Assembly (NCBI GenBank): GCA_963755215.1
Contig: CAVWIW010000014.1
Location: 14,347 to 78,346, forward strand
DNA: 64,000 bases
Direction: 5' to 3'
Source: an uncultured Thermoleophilaceae bacterium
GTDB taxonomy: Bacteria > Actinomycetota > Thermoleophilia > Solirubrobacterales > Thermoleophilaceae
Shown here: piece after piece, positions 37,449-46,599 of the stretch
How positions within the stretch are numbered: position 1 is the stretch's first letter
How the letters are laid out: every line of letters begins with the position of its first letter
Made by a program: the position numbers and the translations under genes
Notes under the pieces: generated by a model
Told to the model about the DNA's origin: nothing
What the model saw: the letters and a program-made list of their open reading frames with translations, nothing else
The model's database searches: none

Positions 37449-37833
37449 GCTCTCCGCGATCGACTCCGGCCAGCCCACCCTTCTTCATCCGCACCTGCGC
37501 GCCGGTGAGCCTGTGGAGCGCCATTGAGAAGTCGGGGTCGTGGCCCACCAAGAGCACCTCCGCGCCGTGTTCGCCCGCCACGGCGCGGACGTCCACGGGC
37601 CCTCCCTCCAGGCGTGCGTCCTCCACGACCTCCAGGCCGAACGGCTCGCAGGCCAGGCGCGCGGTCTGTGCGGCGCGGACCTTCGGGCTGGTCAGGCAGG
37701 CCGTCAGTTCGATTCCGAGGCCCTTCAGGGCGGCGCCCGCTGCGCGCGCCTGTTCTTCCCCCTTCGGGGTGAGCTCGCGCTGCTCGTCGGGGGTACCGTC
37801 GTGTGCCTCGGCGTGGCGCAGAAGCCAAATCAC
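37384..37833 (-). CDS. sixA: SixA-type phosphohistidine phosphatase
   Basis: GTG at 37833. IWLLRHAEA (RHA catalytic motif), LTPKGEEQA, VLLVGHDPDFS. The 3-prime end overlaps the convergent CHAD gene by 65 nt. Confidence 0.7.
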   Translation of the reverse strand: MIWLLRHAEAHDGTPDEQRELTPKGEEQARAAGAALKGLGIELTACLTSPKVRAAQTARLACEPFGLEVVEDARLEGGPVDVRAVAGEHGAEVLLVGHDPDFSMALHRLTGAQVRMKKGGLAGVDRGELKVLLRPAELRVIAAARSVRP

Positions 37834-37857
37834 GTGCGCAACATAGAGCAGGAGAGA

Positions 37858-39966
37858 ATGGGAGCGATGGAGGCAGCAAGAGAGACCCCGCACGTCCAGG
37901 CGCCGGACCTGGACTCCACGGAGCTGTACGTGAACCGCGAGCTGTCGTGGCTCGACTTCAACGAGCGTGTCCTGGAGCTGGCCGAGGACGAGGCCACGCC
38001 GCTCATGGAGCAGGTCAAGTTCCTGGCCATCTACGCGTCCAACCTGGACGAGTTCACCATGGTCCGCGTGGCAGGGTTGCACGACCAGGTGGAGGCGGGA
38101 ATCGACGCGCGCAAGGCCGACGGCCTGTCACCCCAGGAGACGATCGAGCGGATCACCGAGCGCACGCAGGAGCTGGCGGGGCGTCAGTCACGCCACTGGG
38201 AGCACGAGGTGCGCCCGCGCCTTGCCGAGGAGGGCATCCGGGTGCTGGATACCGACGGCTGCTCACCCGAGGAGCTCGAGCGGCTGGACCGCCTGTTCTA
38301 CGAGCAGATCTTCCCGGTGCTGACCCCGCTGGCCGTGGGGCCGGGGCGCCCGTTCCCCTACATCTCCAACCTCTCGCTGAGCCTGGCGGTGTGGCTGCGT
38401 GACCCGGTCACCGACACCGAGCTGTTCGCGCGGGTGAAGGTTCCGCGGGAGGTGGTGCCGCGGTTCGTGGCCCTGGGTGACAACACGTTCGTGCCGCTGG
38501 AGTTCGTGATCGCCCGCCACCTCGACGCGCTCTTCCCCGGCATGGAGGTGGAGCGCCACGCGTTCTTCCGGGTGGCGCGCGACGCCGACTTCGAGGTGTC
38601 CGACGAGGCCGACGACCTGATCCGTGCCGTGGAGAAGGAGCTGCGGCGGCGGCGCTTCGGCGAGGTCGTGGGGCTCGAGGTTTCGGGCGACGTGGACGAC
38701 GAACTGCGTGCGTTCCTGATCGACCAGCTCGGAATCGAGGAGAACCAGGTGGTCGACGTCGACGGGCTCGTGGACCTGACCGACCTCTGGCAGATCCACG
38801 GGATCGAAGGGTTCAAGCACCTCAGAGAGGAGCCCTGGTCGCCGGTGAGCGCGGGCCCCTTCTCGACACATGACGGCAAGCCCGACGTGTTCGCCGCCAT
38901 GCGCGCCGGCGACCTGCTGGTGCACCACCCCTACGACTCGTTCGCGTCCAGCGTCGAGCGCTTCGTGGAGCAGGCGGTGAACGACGCCGACGTGCTGGCC
39001 ATCAAGATGACCGTGTACCGGACGTCAGGCGATTCCGCGCTCGTGCCGCTGCTGATCGAGGCGGCCGAGCGCGGCAAGCAGGCGGTGTGCCTGGTGGAGC
39101 TCAAGGCCCGCTTCGACGAGCGGCGCAACATCGGCTGGGCGCGTTCGCTGGAGGAGGCGGGCGCTCACGTCGTCCATGGCCTCCCCGGGCTCAAGACCCA
39201 TGCGAAGGCGCTGCTGGTGGTCCGCCGCGAGGGCACGGGCGTGCGCCACTACGTGCACGTCGGCACCGGCAACTATCACGCCAAGACTGCGCGGCTGTAC
39301 GAGGACTTCGGCCTGTTCACGTGCGACCGCGAGGTGGCGGCTGACGTGGCCTCGCTGTTCAATGCCTTGACCGGCGCAGCGCGGCCCCCCAGCTACCACA
39401 AGACGCTCGTGGCCCCGGAGCGGATGCGGGACGGGCTGCTGGCCGAGATCGAGCGCACGGTCGAGGCCCACCGGGCAGGCGAGCCCGCGCGGATCGTGAT
39501 GAAGATGAACTCGCTCGTGGATCGCCGCTGCATCCGGGCGCTCTACGAGGCCTCGCAGGCGGGCGTCCGGGTGGACGTGAACGTGCGCGGCATCTGCTGC
39601 CTGCGTGCCGGCATCGACGGGGTCAGCGACAACATCCGCGTGGTCTCGGTCGTCGGGCGCTTTCTCGAGCACTCCCGCGTCTACGGGTTCGAGCGCGGCG
39701 GCGAGCGCCGCTGTTTCATCGGGTCGGCCGACCTGATGCCACGCAACCTGGACACTCGCGTCGAGCTGCTGACGCCCGTGGAGGACGGCATCCTGCGCGG
39801 GCAGGTCGAGGACACGCTGGAGCGCTGCCTCGCCGACGACACCTTCGGCTGGGACCTGCTGCCCGACGGCTCCTGGCGCCGCCGCACCGGCGGCACCCGC
39901 TCCGTACACAGCGAGCTCATGAAGCACGCGCTCGAGAGTGCCGCGCGGGAGGAGGGCGACGCCTGA
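37858..39966 (+). CDS. ppk: polyphosphate kinase 1
   Basis: ATG at 37858 with AGGAGAG upstream. YVNRELSWLDFNERVL, FLAIYASNLDEFTMVR, HHPYDSF, LKTHAKALLVVRRE, GTGNYH and GSADLMPRNLDTRVE motifs. Confidence 0.92.
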   Translation: MGAMEAARETPHVQAPDLDSTELYVNRELSWLDFNERVLELAEDEATPLMEQVKFLAIYASNLDEFTMVRVAGLHDQVEAGIDARKADGLSPQETIERITERTQELAGRQSRHWEHEVRPRLAEEGIRVLDTDGCSPEELERLDRLFYEQIFPVLTPLAVGPGRPFPYISNLSLSLAVWLRDPVTDTELFARVKVPREVVPRFVALGDNTFVPLEFVIARHLDALFPGMEVERHAFFRVARDADFEVSDEADDLIRAVEKELRRRRFGEVVGLEVSGDVDDELRAFLIDQLGIEENQVVDVDGLVDLTDLWQIHGIEGFKHLREEPWSPVSAGPFSTHDGKPDVFAAMRAGDLLVHHPYDSFASSVERFVEQAVNDADVLAIKMTVYRTSGDSALVPLLIEAAERGKQAVCLVELKARFDERRNIGWARSLEEAGAHVVHGLPGLKTHAKALLVVRREGTGVRHYVHVGTGNYHAKTARLYEDFGLFTCDREVAADVASLFNALTGAARPPSYHKTLVAPERMRDGLLAEIERTVEAHRAGEPARIVMKMNSLVDRRCIRALYEASQAGVRVDVNVRGICCLRAGIDGVSDNIRVVSVVGRFLEHSRVYGFERGGERRCFIGSADLMPRNLDTRVELLTPVEDGILRGQVEDTLERCLADDTFGWDLLPDGSWRRRTGGTRSVHSELMKHALESAAREEGDA

Positions 39967-39972
39967 GCGGCG

Positions 39973-40461
39973 TCAGACGGCCAGAGCCGTCCGCCCCGCC
40001 TCGAGCTCCAGCAGCGCCCGCTTGCGCTCGATGCCGCCGCCGAAGCCGGTGAGCGACCCGTCGGCGCCGATCACACGGTGGCAGGGCACGATCACGGCAA
40101 TCGGATTCCGCCCGTTGGCCAGGCCCACCGCGCGCGCCGCGCCGGGTCTGCCGATGCGCGCCGCGAGCTCGCCGTAGCTCACGCTCTCGCCGTAGGGGAT
40201 CCGCTGCAGCTCCTGCCAAACCCGGAGCTGGAAGTCCGTGCCGGCCGGCGCCAGGGGCAGGTCGAAGTCGGTGAGCTCGCCCGCGAAGTAGCGCTCCAGC
40301 TGGTCGCGTGCGGCGCGGAGGGGTGCGGCGGGGGCGGCAGTGGCCGTGCCAAGGCCGAGCTCGCTGGCGGGGCCCATGTGGAGGCAGGTGAGCGCGCCGG
40401 TCCGGGCGGTGAGGGTGAGCGGCCCGATGGGGCTGTCCAGAGTTGTGTGCGCTGTGGTCAT
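39973..40461 (-). CDS. ogt: methylated-DNA--protein-cysteine methyltransferase
   Basis: [13 protein letters not shown] and active-site VPCHRVIG motifs. Confidence 0.85.
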   Translation of the reverse strand: MTTAHTTLDSPIGPLTLTARTGALTCLHMGPASELGLGTATAAPAAPLRAARDQLERYFAGELTDFDLPLAPAGTDFQLRVWQELQRIPYGESVSYGELAARIGRPGAARAVGLANGRNPIAVIVPCHRVIGADGSLTGFGGGIERKRALLELEAGRTALAV

Positions 40462-40506
40462 GTGTCGAGAACGCGGGGACGGCGGGCGCTGTGAGATCGC
40501 GTCAGA

Positions 40507-41730
40507 TCATCGCGCAACCGCCGCCCGCAGCCCCAGGCGCCGCTTGAGCGCCAGCACGCGGCCCGCCGCCTCCTCCACCCGCGCGCGGAAGCGAGGGTCG
40601 CGGCGGGCGCGGCGCACGAGCCGCGGCTGGATCAGGTTCCAGCTGCCGGACCCGGTCATGAGCACCAGGTCCGCCCCGGCCGCGACCGAGCGCTCGGCGG
40701 CCACCGCCACGCCCGACCGGTCGAGCACCGCCTGGGCCTCGATGCTGTCCGTCACCACGACGCCGCGGAAGCCGAGCGCGGTGCGCAGTAGGCCGTCGAG
40801 CACGGCGCGTGACTGGGAGGCGATGCGGTCGCCGTCGAGCGCCGGATAGAGCGCGTGCGAGGCCATCACCAGGGGCGCGCCCGCGCGCACTGCCCGGGCG
40901 AAGGGTGCAACGTCGCCCTCAAGGATCTCGGCGCGGCCGGCTGCGATCGTCACGCTTCGGTCATCGGTGTTGGAGGTCGCGCGACCCAGGCCCGGGAAGT
41001 GCTTGACGGCGGCGCCCACCCCGGCGCGGATCATGCCGGTAGCCGAGGACTCCACGAGCCCGCTCACGGCGGCGGCGTCGCCGGGAAAGGCACGCCCCGC
41101 CACCACGGACCCGGCGGTGGCCGCCACATCCGCCACCGGCGCCAGGTTCACGTTCACCCCGAGGGAGCGCAGCTCGCGCGCCGATGCCGCGGCCGCACGT
41201 CGCGCGGAGTCCACGCCGGTGGTCTGCGGCTGTGCCAGATCCGGGCCCGCGAACCCGACACTGCGGATCTCCCCGCCCTCCTGATCGGTGGACACGAGCG
41301 CGTGGCCTCGAGCCGCGCGCTGGATGGCGCGGGTCAACGCCACCAGCCGCGCCCGGTCGGGAGCATTGCCGCCGAAGAGGATCACGCCGGTGCCCTGGCC
41401 GCGAGCGAGCCTGCGGCCGATGTAGCCCGGCATCCGGTCGCCGTCGAAGCTCATGACCAGCAGCTCGCCGACTTGGCGCTCGAGCGAGAGGCGCGACTCG
41501 AGGCCCGCCGGTCGCGAGGCCCGTCGCGTGGGTTCGTCGTCGCCCGCGCCGCGGGAGCCGGCCACCAGGCCCGCCGCGGCGGCACAGGCCGCCACGGCGC
41601 AGATCGCCGCCAGGCGTCGCCGCGGGCCTGGATCCGCGGCCCGGCTCAGCTCTGGCTGCGCGCCCGGGCGGCGGCGCGGATCTTCTCGACGGCGCTCGGC
41701 ACCGCCTTCTCCAGCCGCTTCATGTCCCAC
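40507..41730 (-). CDS. glycoside hydrolase family 3 (NagZ-like beta-N-acetylhexosaminidase), exported
   Basis: STDQEGGEIRS, NLAPVADV and KHFPGLG motifs. The start is uncertain because the first 85 nt overlap the upstream cNMP-binding gene. Confidence 0.75.
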   Translation of the reverse strand: MGHEAAGEGGAERRREDPRRRPGAQPELSRAADPGPRRRLAAICAVAACAAAAGLVAGSRGAGDDEPTRRASRPAGLESRLSLERQVGELLVMSFDGDRMPGYIGRRLARGQGTGVILFGGNAPDRARLVALTRAIQRAARGHALVSTDQEGGEIRSVGFAGPDLAQPQTTGVDSARRAAAASARELRSLGVNVNLAPVADVAATAGSVVAGRAFPGDAAAVSGLVESSATGMIRAGVGAAVKHFPGLGRATSNTDDRSVTIAAGRAEILEGDVAPFARAVRAGAPLVMASHALYPALDGDRIASQSRAVLDGLLRTALGFRGVVVTDSIEAQAVLDRSGVAVAAERSVAAGADLVLMTGSGSWNLIQPRLVRRARRDPRFRARVEEAAGRVLALKRRLGLRAAVAR

Positions 41731-42035
41731 TGGTCGAGCGTTATCAGCCGCGTGTCCGCCGTGGCCACAACCGTCGCGTTGCGGCGGTCGTCGCCCAGCA
41801 GGCCGACCTCGCCGAAGAAGTCGCCCGGCCCAAGGTCGGCCACCTTCTCCCCGCCGCGGCGAACCTCGGCCGTGCCGTCCTCGATGGCCATGAACGTGTA
41901 CGCGTAGTCGCCCTCGTCCACGAGATGCTTGCCCTCGGAGACCGAAACCTCGCTCACGAAAGGAGAGATCTTCTGCAGATCCTCGTCCGAGACCGACTCG
42001 AACAGAGGCAGCGATTTCAGACGGCTGATATCCAA
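41646..42035 (-). CDS. stand-alone cyclic-nucleotide-binding domain protein
   Basis: 129-aa ORF with LPLFESVSDEDL...GDFFGEVGLL...RNATVVA as in the CAP/Crp effector domain. No DNA-binding or other output domain. Confidence 0.75.
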   Translation of the reverse strand: MDISRLKSLPLFESVSDEDLQKISPFVSEVSVSEGKHLVDEGDYAYTFMAIEDGTAEVRRGGEKVADLGPGDFFGEVGLLGDDRRNATVVATADTRLITLDQWDMKRLEKAVPSAVEKIRAAARARSQS

Positions 42036-42111
42036 CCCAATCTCCTCACACGCGTAAAGACGGCAGTGGCGGGCAATCTAACCCACTCGGGCACCTGTCC
42101 ACCACTGATCG

Positions 42112-42519
42112 GTGGAGGTCACCCAAGCGTATGAACGCGTGATGGCTCGGACCCGCACGCTCACCACGCTGTTCGCACTCGGCCGCATGGGGTTCGGACT
42201 GGGCCTGCTGGCCAAGCCCGAGGCCGTGGCGTGGGGGTGGATCGGCGAGTTGGCGCAGCGCGACCCGGTGAGGCTCCTGTTGCGCGCGGTCGGAGGTCGC
42301 GACATCGCGCTCTCGGCGGGCGCCCTGCTGGCCGGCGGCGACCGCGACAGGCTCACTCCGTGGCTGGCGGGCGCCGTGGTCAGCGACCTGACCGACGTGG
42401 CATCCACGCTGGCGGTGCATCCCGACTCGCTGCCGGCGAACGCCCGCTGGGGCACCGTGGCGCTGGGAGGCGGCTCGGCCCTGGCGGGTGCCGCGCTGAT
42501 CGTGGCGGTCCGGCAATGA
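42112..42519 (+). CDS. small membrane protein of unknown function
   Basis: 135-aa ORF (alternative ATG at 42142) with 3-4 hydrophobic segments. Its stop overlaps the next start (ATGA). Confidence 0.5.
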   Translation: MEVTQAYERVMARTRTLTTLFALGRMGFGLGLLAKPEAVAWGWIGELAQRDPVRLLLRAVGGRDIALSAGALLAGGDRDRLTPWLAGAVVSDLTDVASTLAVHPDSLPANARWGTVALGGGSALAGAALIVAVRQ

Positions 42520-43769
42520 AGGTCGCCATCGTGGGCGCGGGCATCTCCGGCCTGACCGCCGCCCACCACCTGCACCGCGAGCACGAGGTCACCGTCTATG
42601 AGGCGGGGCCATACGCCGGCGGTCACTCCAACACCGTGCGCGTGGACCTGGCCGAGGAGACGCACTGGATCGATACCGGCTTCATCGTGCTCAACGACCG
42701 CAACTACCCCAGCTTCGAGGCGCTGCTGGCGGAGCTCGGAGTGCCGACCCAGCCCTCACGCATGAGCTTCTCGGTGAGCGATGCGGCGGGCGCATTCGAG
42801 TACGCGGGCACCCCGCGGGGGCTTTTCGCCCAGCCCCACCGCGCGCTCGACCCACGCTTCCTGCGGATGGTGGCCGACCTGCTGCGCTTCAACCGCGAGG
42901 CGCGCGCCTTGCTGGAGCTGGCGCCCGGCCAGGGGCCGAGCCTGCGCGAGTTCCTGGCGGCCGGTGACTACTCCGACTGGTTCGTGCAGCGGCTGATCGT
43001 GCCCCAGGCATCGGCCGTGTGGTCGGCAGAGCCGGAGGCCATGTGGACGTTCCCGGCCGCCTTCCTCGCCCGCTTCTTCCACAACCACGGAATGCTCGGC
43101 TTCCGCGACCGGCCGCGCTGGCGCGCGGTGACCGGCGGCTCGCGCCGCTACGTGGAGGAGATCACGCGGCCGTTCGCCGACCGGATCCGCCTGAGCGCCC
43201 CCGTTCGCGCGGTCACGCGCGCCGATGAGCACGTGGAGGTCCGGGCCGAGGGTTGCGAGACAGAGCGCTTCGACGAGGTGGTCATCGCCGCGCACTCCGA
43301 TCAGGCGCTGGCCATGCTCACCGACGCCAGCGACCGTGAGGCCGAGCTGCTCGGGTCCATCTCCTACCAGCCCAACCAGGCGGTGCTGCACACGGACGAG
43401 TCGCTGCTCCCGCGCCGCCGTGCGGCATGGTCGAGCTGGAACTTCCACCTCTCCACGCCGCCCGCGCGGAGGACGATGCTGACCTATTGGATGAACGCCC
43501 TGCAGGCGCTGGACTCGAAAACCAACTTCTGCGTGACGCTCAACCGTACCCAGGACGTGGACCCCGCCAAGGTGATCGAGACGATCGAGTACTCCCACCC
43601 GGTCTTCACCCCGGATGGCGTGGCCGCGCAGGCTCGCCACGGCGAGATCTCGGGGGTGAACCGCACGCACTACTGCGGCGCCTACTGGCGCTGGGGCTTT
43701 CACGAGGACGGCGTGGTGAGCGCCCTGCGAGCCGTCGCCGACGTGGGTCGCGCCCCGGTGGCGGCATGA
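42516..43769 (+). CDS. NAD/FAD-binding amine-oxidase-like oxidoreductase
   Basis: MKVAIVGAGISGLTAA dinucleotide fold, then YEAGPYAGGHSNT. ATGA overlaps on both sides. Confidence 0.8.
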   Translation: MKVAIVGAGISGLTAAHHLHREHEVTVYEAGPYAGGHSNTVRVDLAEETHWIDTGFIVLNDRNYPSFEALLAELGVPTQPSRMSFSVSDAAGAFEYAGTPRGLFAQPHRALDPRFLRMVADLLRFNREARALLELAPGQGPSLREFLAAGDYSDWFVQRLIVPQASAVWSAEPEAMWTFPAAFLARFFHNHGMLGFRDRPRWRAVTGGSRRYVEEITRPFADRIRLSAPVRAVTRADEHVEVRAEGCETERFDEVVIAAHSDQALAMLTDASDREAELLGSISYQPNQAVLHTDESLLPRRRAAWSSWNFHLSTPPARRTMLTYWMNALQALDSKTNFCVTLNRTQDVDPAKVIETIEYSHPVFTPDGVAAQARHGEISGVNRTHYCGAYWRWGFHEDGVVSALRAVADVGRAPVAA

Positions 43770-44518
43770 CGGCCTCCGCGATCTACGACGGCTGGGTGCG
43801 CCACCGCCGCTTCACGCCGGTCGAGCACGAGTTCACCTACCGCCACACGATGCTCCTGCTGGACCTCGACGAGCTGCCCGGCGTGCTGGACCGTCATCCG
43901 CTCTACTCATCGACGCGCGCCGCGCCGGCGCGCTTCCGGCGCGAGGACTATCTGGGCGACCCCGGCCGCCCGCTGGACGAGTCGGTTCGCGACCTGGTGG
44001 AGGAGCGCACCGGGGCCCGGCCCGCCGGGCCGGTACGGCTGCTCACCACGCTGCGCACCTTCGGGCACAACTTCAACCCGGTCTCGTTCTTCTACCTCCT
44101 CGGGGCAGGCGGCTCGCGCGTGGAGGCGGTGGTCGCGCAGGTCACGAACACCCCCTGGGGCGAGCGCCACGCCTACGTCCTCGGCCGTGACGACGAGGAC
44201 TCGGTCATGCGCGACACCATGGACAAGGTCTTCCACGTGTCCCCCTTCATCGGCATGGACTCCCACTACGACTGGCGGGTCACGGAGCCCAACGACAACC
44301 TGCTGGTGCACATCGACGAGCGCGACGACCACGGTCGTCACGTGTTCGACGCCACCCTGTCGCTCACGCGAAGGGACATGTCGGCTCGGCGGCTGACCCA
44401 GATGCTGCTGCGGTTCCCGGCCACGTCGCTGAGGGTGGTGGCGCTGATCTACTGGAACGCGCTGCGTCTCAAGCTCAAGGGCGCGCCGTACCACCCCCAC
44501 CCGGAGCGAGCGCGATGA
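43766..44518 (+). CDS. DUF1365 family protein
   Basis: N-terminal IYDGWVRHRRFTPVEHEFTYRHTMLLLDLDEL and FGHNFNPVSFFY are typical of DUF1365 (from memory). Confidence 0.8.
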   Translation: MTASAIYDGWVRHRRFTPVEHEFTYRHTMLLLDLDELPGVLDRHPLYSSTRAAPARFRREDYLGDPGRPLDESVRDLVEERTGARPAGPVRLLTTLRTFGHNFNPVSFFYLLGAGGSRVEAVVAQVTNTPWGERHAYVLGRDDEDSVMRDTMDKVFHVSPFIGMDSHYDWRVTEPNDNLLVHIDERDDHGRHVFDATLSLTRRDMSARRLTQMLLRFPATSLRVVALIYWNALRLKLKGAPYHPHPERAR

Positions 44519-45765
44519 AGGAGCAGGCCGCGCGGCGGTTCTTCTTCAGCCTGCTCTCGCGGATGCGCCGTGAGCGGATCGAGATCGTGGAGGGCGCACG
44601 GCGGCTCGGCTTCGGTCCCGAAGGCGCGGCCCTGCGGGCGGTGGTCACGGTGCGCTCGCCCCATGTCTACCGCGAGGTGCTGCGCGGCAGCACGGGGTTG
44701 GCGGAGACCTACATGGCCGGCCACTGGGACACCGACGACCCGGTGGCTTTGATCAGGATCGCGGCGCGCAACATGCGCGCGATGGACGACCTGCGGCGGC
44801 GTTGGCACCCGGTGCTGCACACCGGCCAGCGGGTGGCAAAGATGATCCCGCACAACGACCGCGACGGCAGCCGGCGCAACATCTCCGCGCACTACGACCT
44901 GGGCAACCAGCTCTTCTCGCTGTTCCTGGACCCCACGATGATGTACTCCTGCGCCTACTTCGACTCGCCCGAGCAGTCGCTGGAGGAGGCGCAGACGGCC
45001 AAGCTCGACCGCGTCTGCCGGCAACTGCGCCTGCGCCCGGGCGACCACCTGCTGGAGATCGGCACGGGCTGGGGCGCGATGGCCATCCACGCGGCCCGCC
45101 ATTACGGCTGCCGCGTGACCACGACCACCATCTCCCAGGAGCAGCACGACTTCGCCCTGGAGCGGGTGGAGGCCGAGCGCCTGGCGGGCCGCGTGACCGT
45201 CCTGCTCGAGGACTACCGGGACCTGCGCGGCACCTACTCCAAGCTCGTCTCGCTGGAGATGATCGAGGCCGTGGGCTGGCAGTTCTTCGCCACCTACTTT
45301 CGGCGTTGCTCGGAGCTGCTCGAGCCCGACGGCCTGATGCTGCTCCAGGCCATCACCATCGACGACCGCGCCTACGAGGTCGAGAAGGCCTCCAAGAGCT
45401 TCATCAACACGCACATCTTCCCCGGCGGGTGCCTGCCGTCGCTCGACACGATTCACCGCTGCGTGAGTGCCCAGACCGACATGCGCACGGTGTGGCTGGA
45501 CGACATCACCGAGCACTACGCCGAGACGCTGGTGCACTGGCGTGAGTCGTTCAGGACCAGCGCCAAGCTCGCCGCCGAGCTGGGCTACGACCTGCGCTTC
45601 AGGCGCATGTGGGAGCTGTACCTGGCCTATGTGGAGGCCGGCTTCCGCGAACGGCGGATAGGCGACGTGCAGATGCTGCTGGCAAAGCCGGAGTGGCGCG
45701 AGCCGCTGTCGCCCTCAGCTCCGCGGCTCGCGGCTGAACATCCGGTCCGAGATCAGGTCCACTAG
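44515..45765 (+). CDS. cfa: cyclopropane-fatty-acyl-phospholipid synthase family SAM methyltransferase
   Basis: ISAHYDLGNQLFSLFLDPTMMYSCAYF, SAM motif LLEIGTGWGAMA, SLEMIEAVG and FPGGCLPS. Confidence 0.88.
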   Translation: MKEQAARRFFFSLLSRMRRERIEIVEGARRLGFGPEGAALRAVVTVRSPHVYREVLRGSTGLAETYMAGHWDTDDPVALIRIAARNMRAMDDLRRRWHPVLHTGQRVAKMIPHNDRDGSRRNISAHYDLGNQLFSLFLDPTMMYSCAYFDSPEQSLEEAQTAKLDRVCRQLRLRPGDHLLEIGTGWGAMAIHAARHYGCRVTTTTISQEQHDFALERVEAERLAGRVTVLLEDYRDLRGTYSKLVSLEMIEAVGWQFFATYFRRCSELLEPDGLMLLQAITIDDRAYEVEKASKSFINTHIFPGGCLPSLDTIHRCVSAQTDMRTVWLDDITEHYAETLVHWRESFRTSAKLAAELGYDLRFRRMWELYLAYVEAGFRERRIGDVQMLLAKPEWREPLSPSAPRLAAEHPVRDQVH

Positions 45766-46506
45766 AAAGCCCGGCCCGCGCGAGGCCAGCTTGGCGAGCG
45801 CCACCTTCCCGCCCGGGCCCAGGATGGTGCGGTCGTCGCGGATGGCCTCCAGCACCTTGTTCGCCCACTCGTCCGGATCCTGCTTCTCCCACTCGGAGGT
45901 GTCCATGTAGCGGCCGTAGGCGTCCTCGGTGGCGTCGAGCATGCCCGTGTCCACGCCCGGCGTGACCAGGTGCAGAGTGTTCACCCCGGTGTCCTTGAGC
46001 TCGCGACGCAGGGACTCGGTGAAGGCCACCACGCCCGCCTTGGAGGCCGCATAGGTGCTGGCTGCCGGGAAGTAGGCGTAGCCGGAGATGCTGGCGTTGT
46101 TCACGATCAGCCCCGAGCCGCGCTCGATCATCCCCGGGAGCACCGCCTGGGTGAGCTGTACCACGGCGACCAGGTTCACCTGGAACATCGCGTAGACCTC
46201 GTCCAGATCCTGTTCCTCCAGTAGCCCGCCGGTCACAAGGCCGGCGTTGTTCACGATCACGTCGATTTGACCGAGCGCGTCGCCCAGCTCAGCGCAGCTC
46301 TCCTCGATTGACTCGCGCGAGCTCAGGTCCATCCGCACCGGCCGGACCTCTTTGGCGCGGGCCACCGGGGTGGCCTCGTACTTGTCGGGCGAGCGCATGC
46401 CCGCCAGCAGCAGGTCCAGCGGCTCCTTGGCGAGCGCCTCGAGGATCGCGCGGCCGATCCCCCGGTTGGAGCCCGTGACGAGCGCAGTTCGGCCGGTGAG
46501 GTCCAT
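45715..46506 (-). CDS. SDR family oxidoreductase
   Basis: ATG at 46506 inside the longer ORF. ALVTGSNRGIG, NNAG, YAASKAG. Convergent 51-nt overlap with cfa. Confidence 0.8.
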   Translation of the reverse strand: MDLTGRTALVTGSNRGIGRAILEALAKEPLDLLLAGMRSPDKYEATPVARAKEVRPVRMDLSSRESIEESCAELGDALGQIDVIVNNAGLVTGGLLEEQDLDEVYAMFQVNLVAVVQLTQAVLPGMIERGSGLIVNNASISGYAYFPAASTYAASKAGVVAFTESLRRELKDTGVNTLHLVTPGVDTGMLDATEDAYGRYMDTSEWEKQDPDEWANKVLEAIRDDRTILGPGGKVALAKLASRGPGFLVDLISDRMFSREPRS

Positions 46507-46599
46507 CTCCCTCAGGCTACGCGGCAGCCAGCCCTGCGGACGATCGGGCTCCTCCAGAGCTGATCGGACCGCGGACGGCCCACGTATCTTCCTTCGGCC

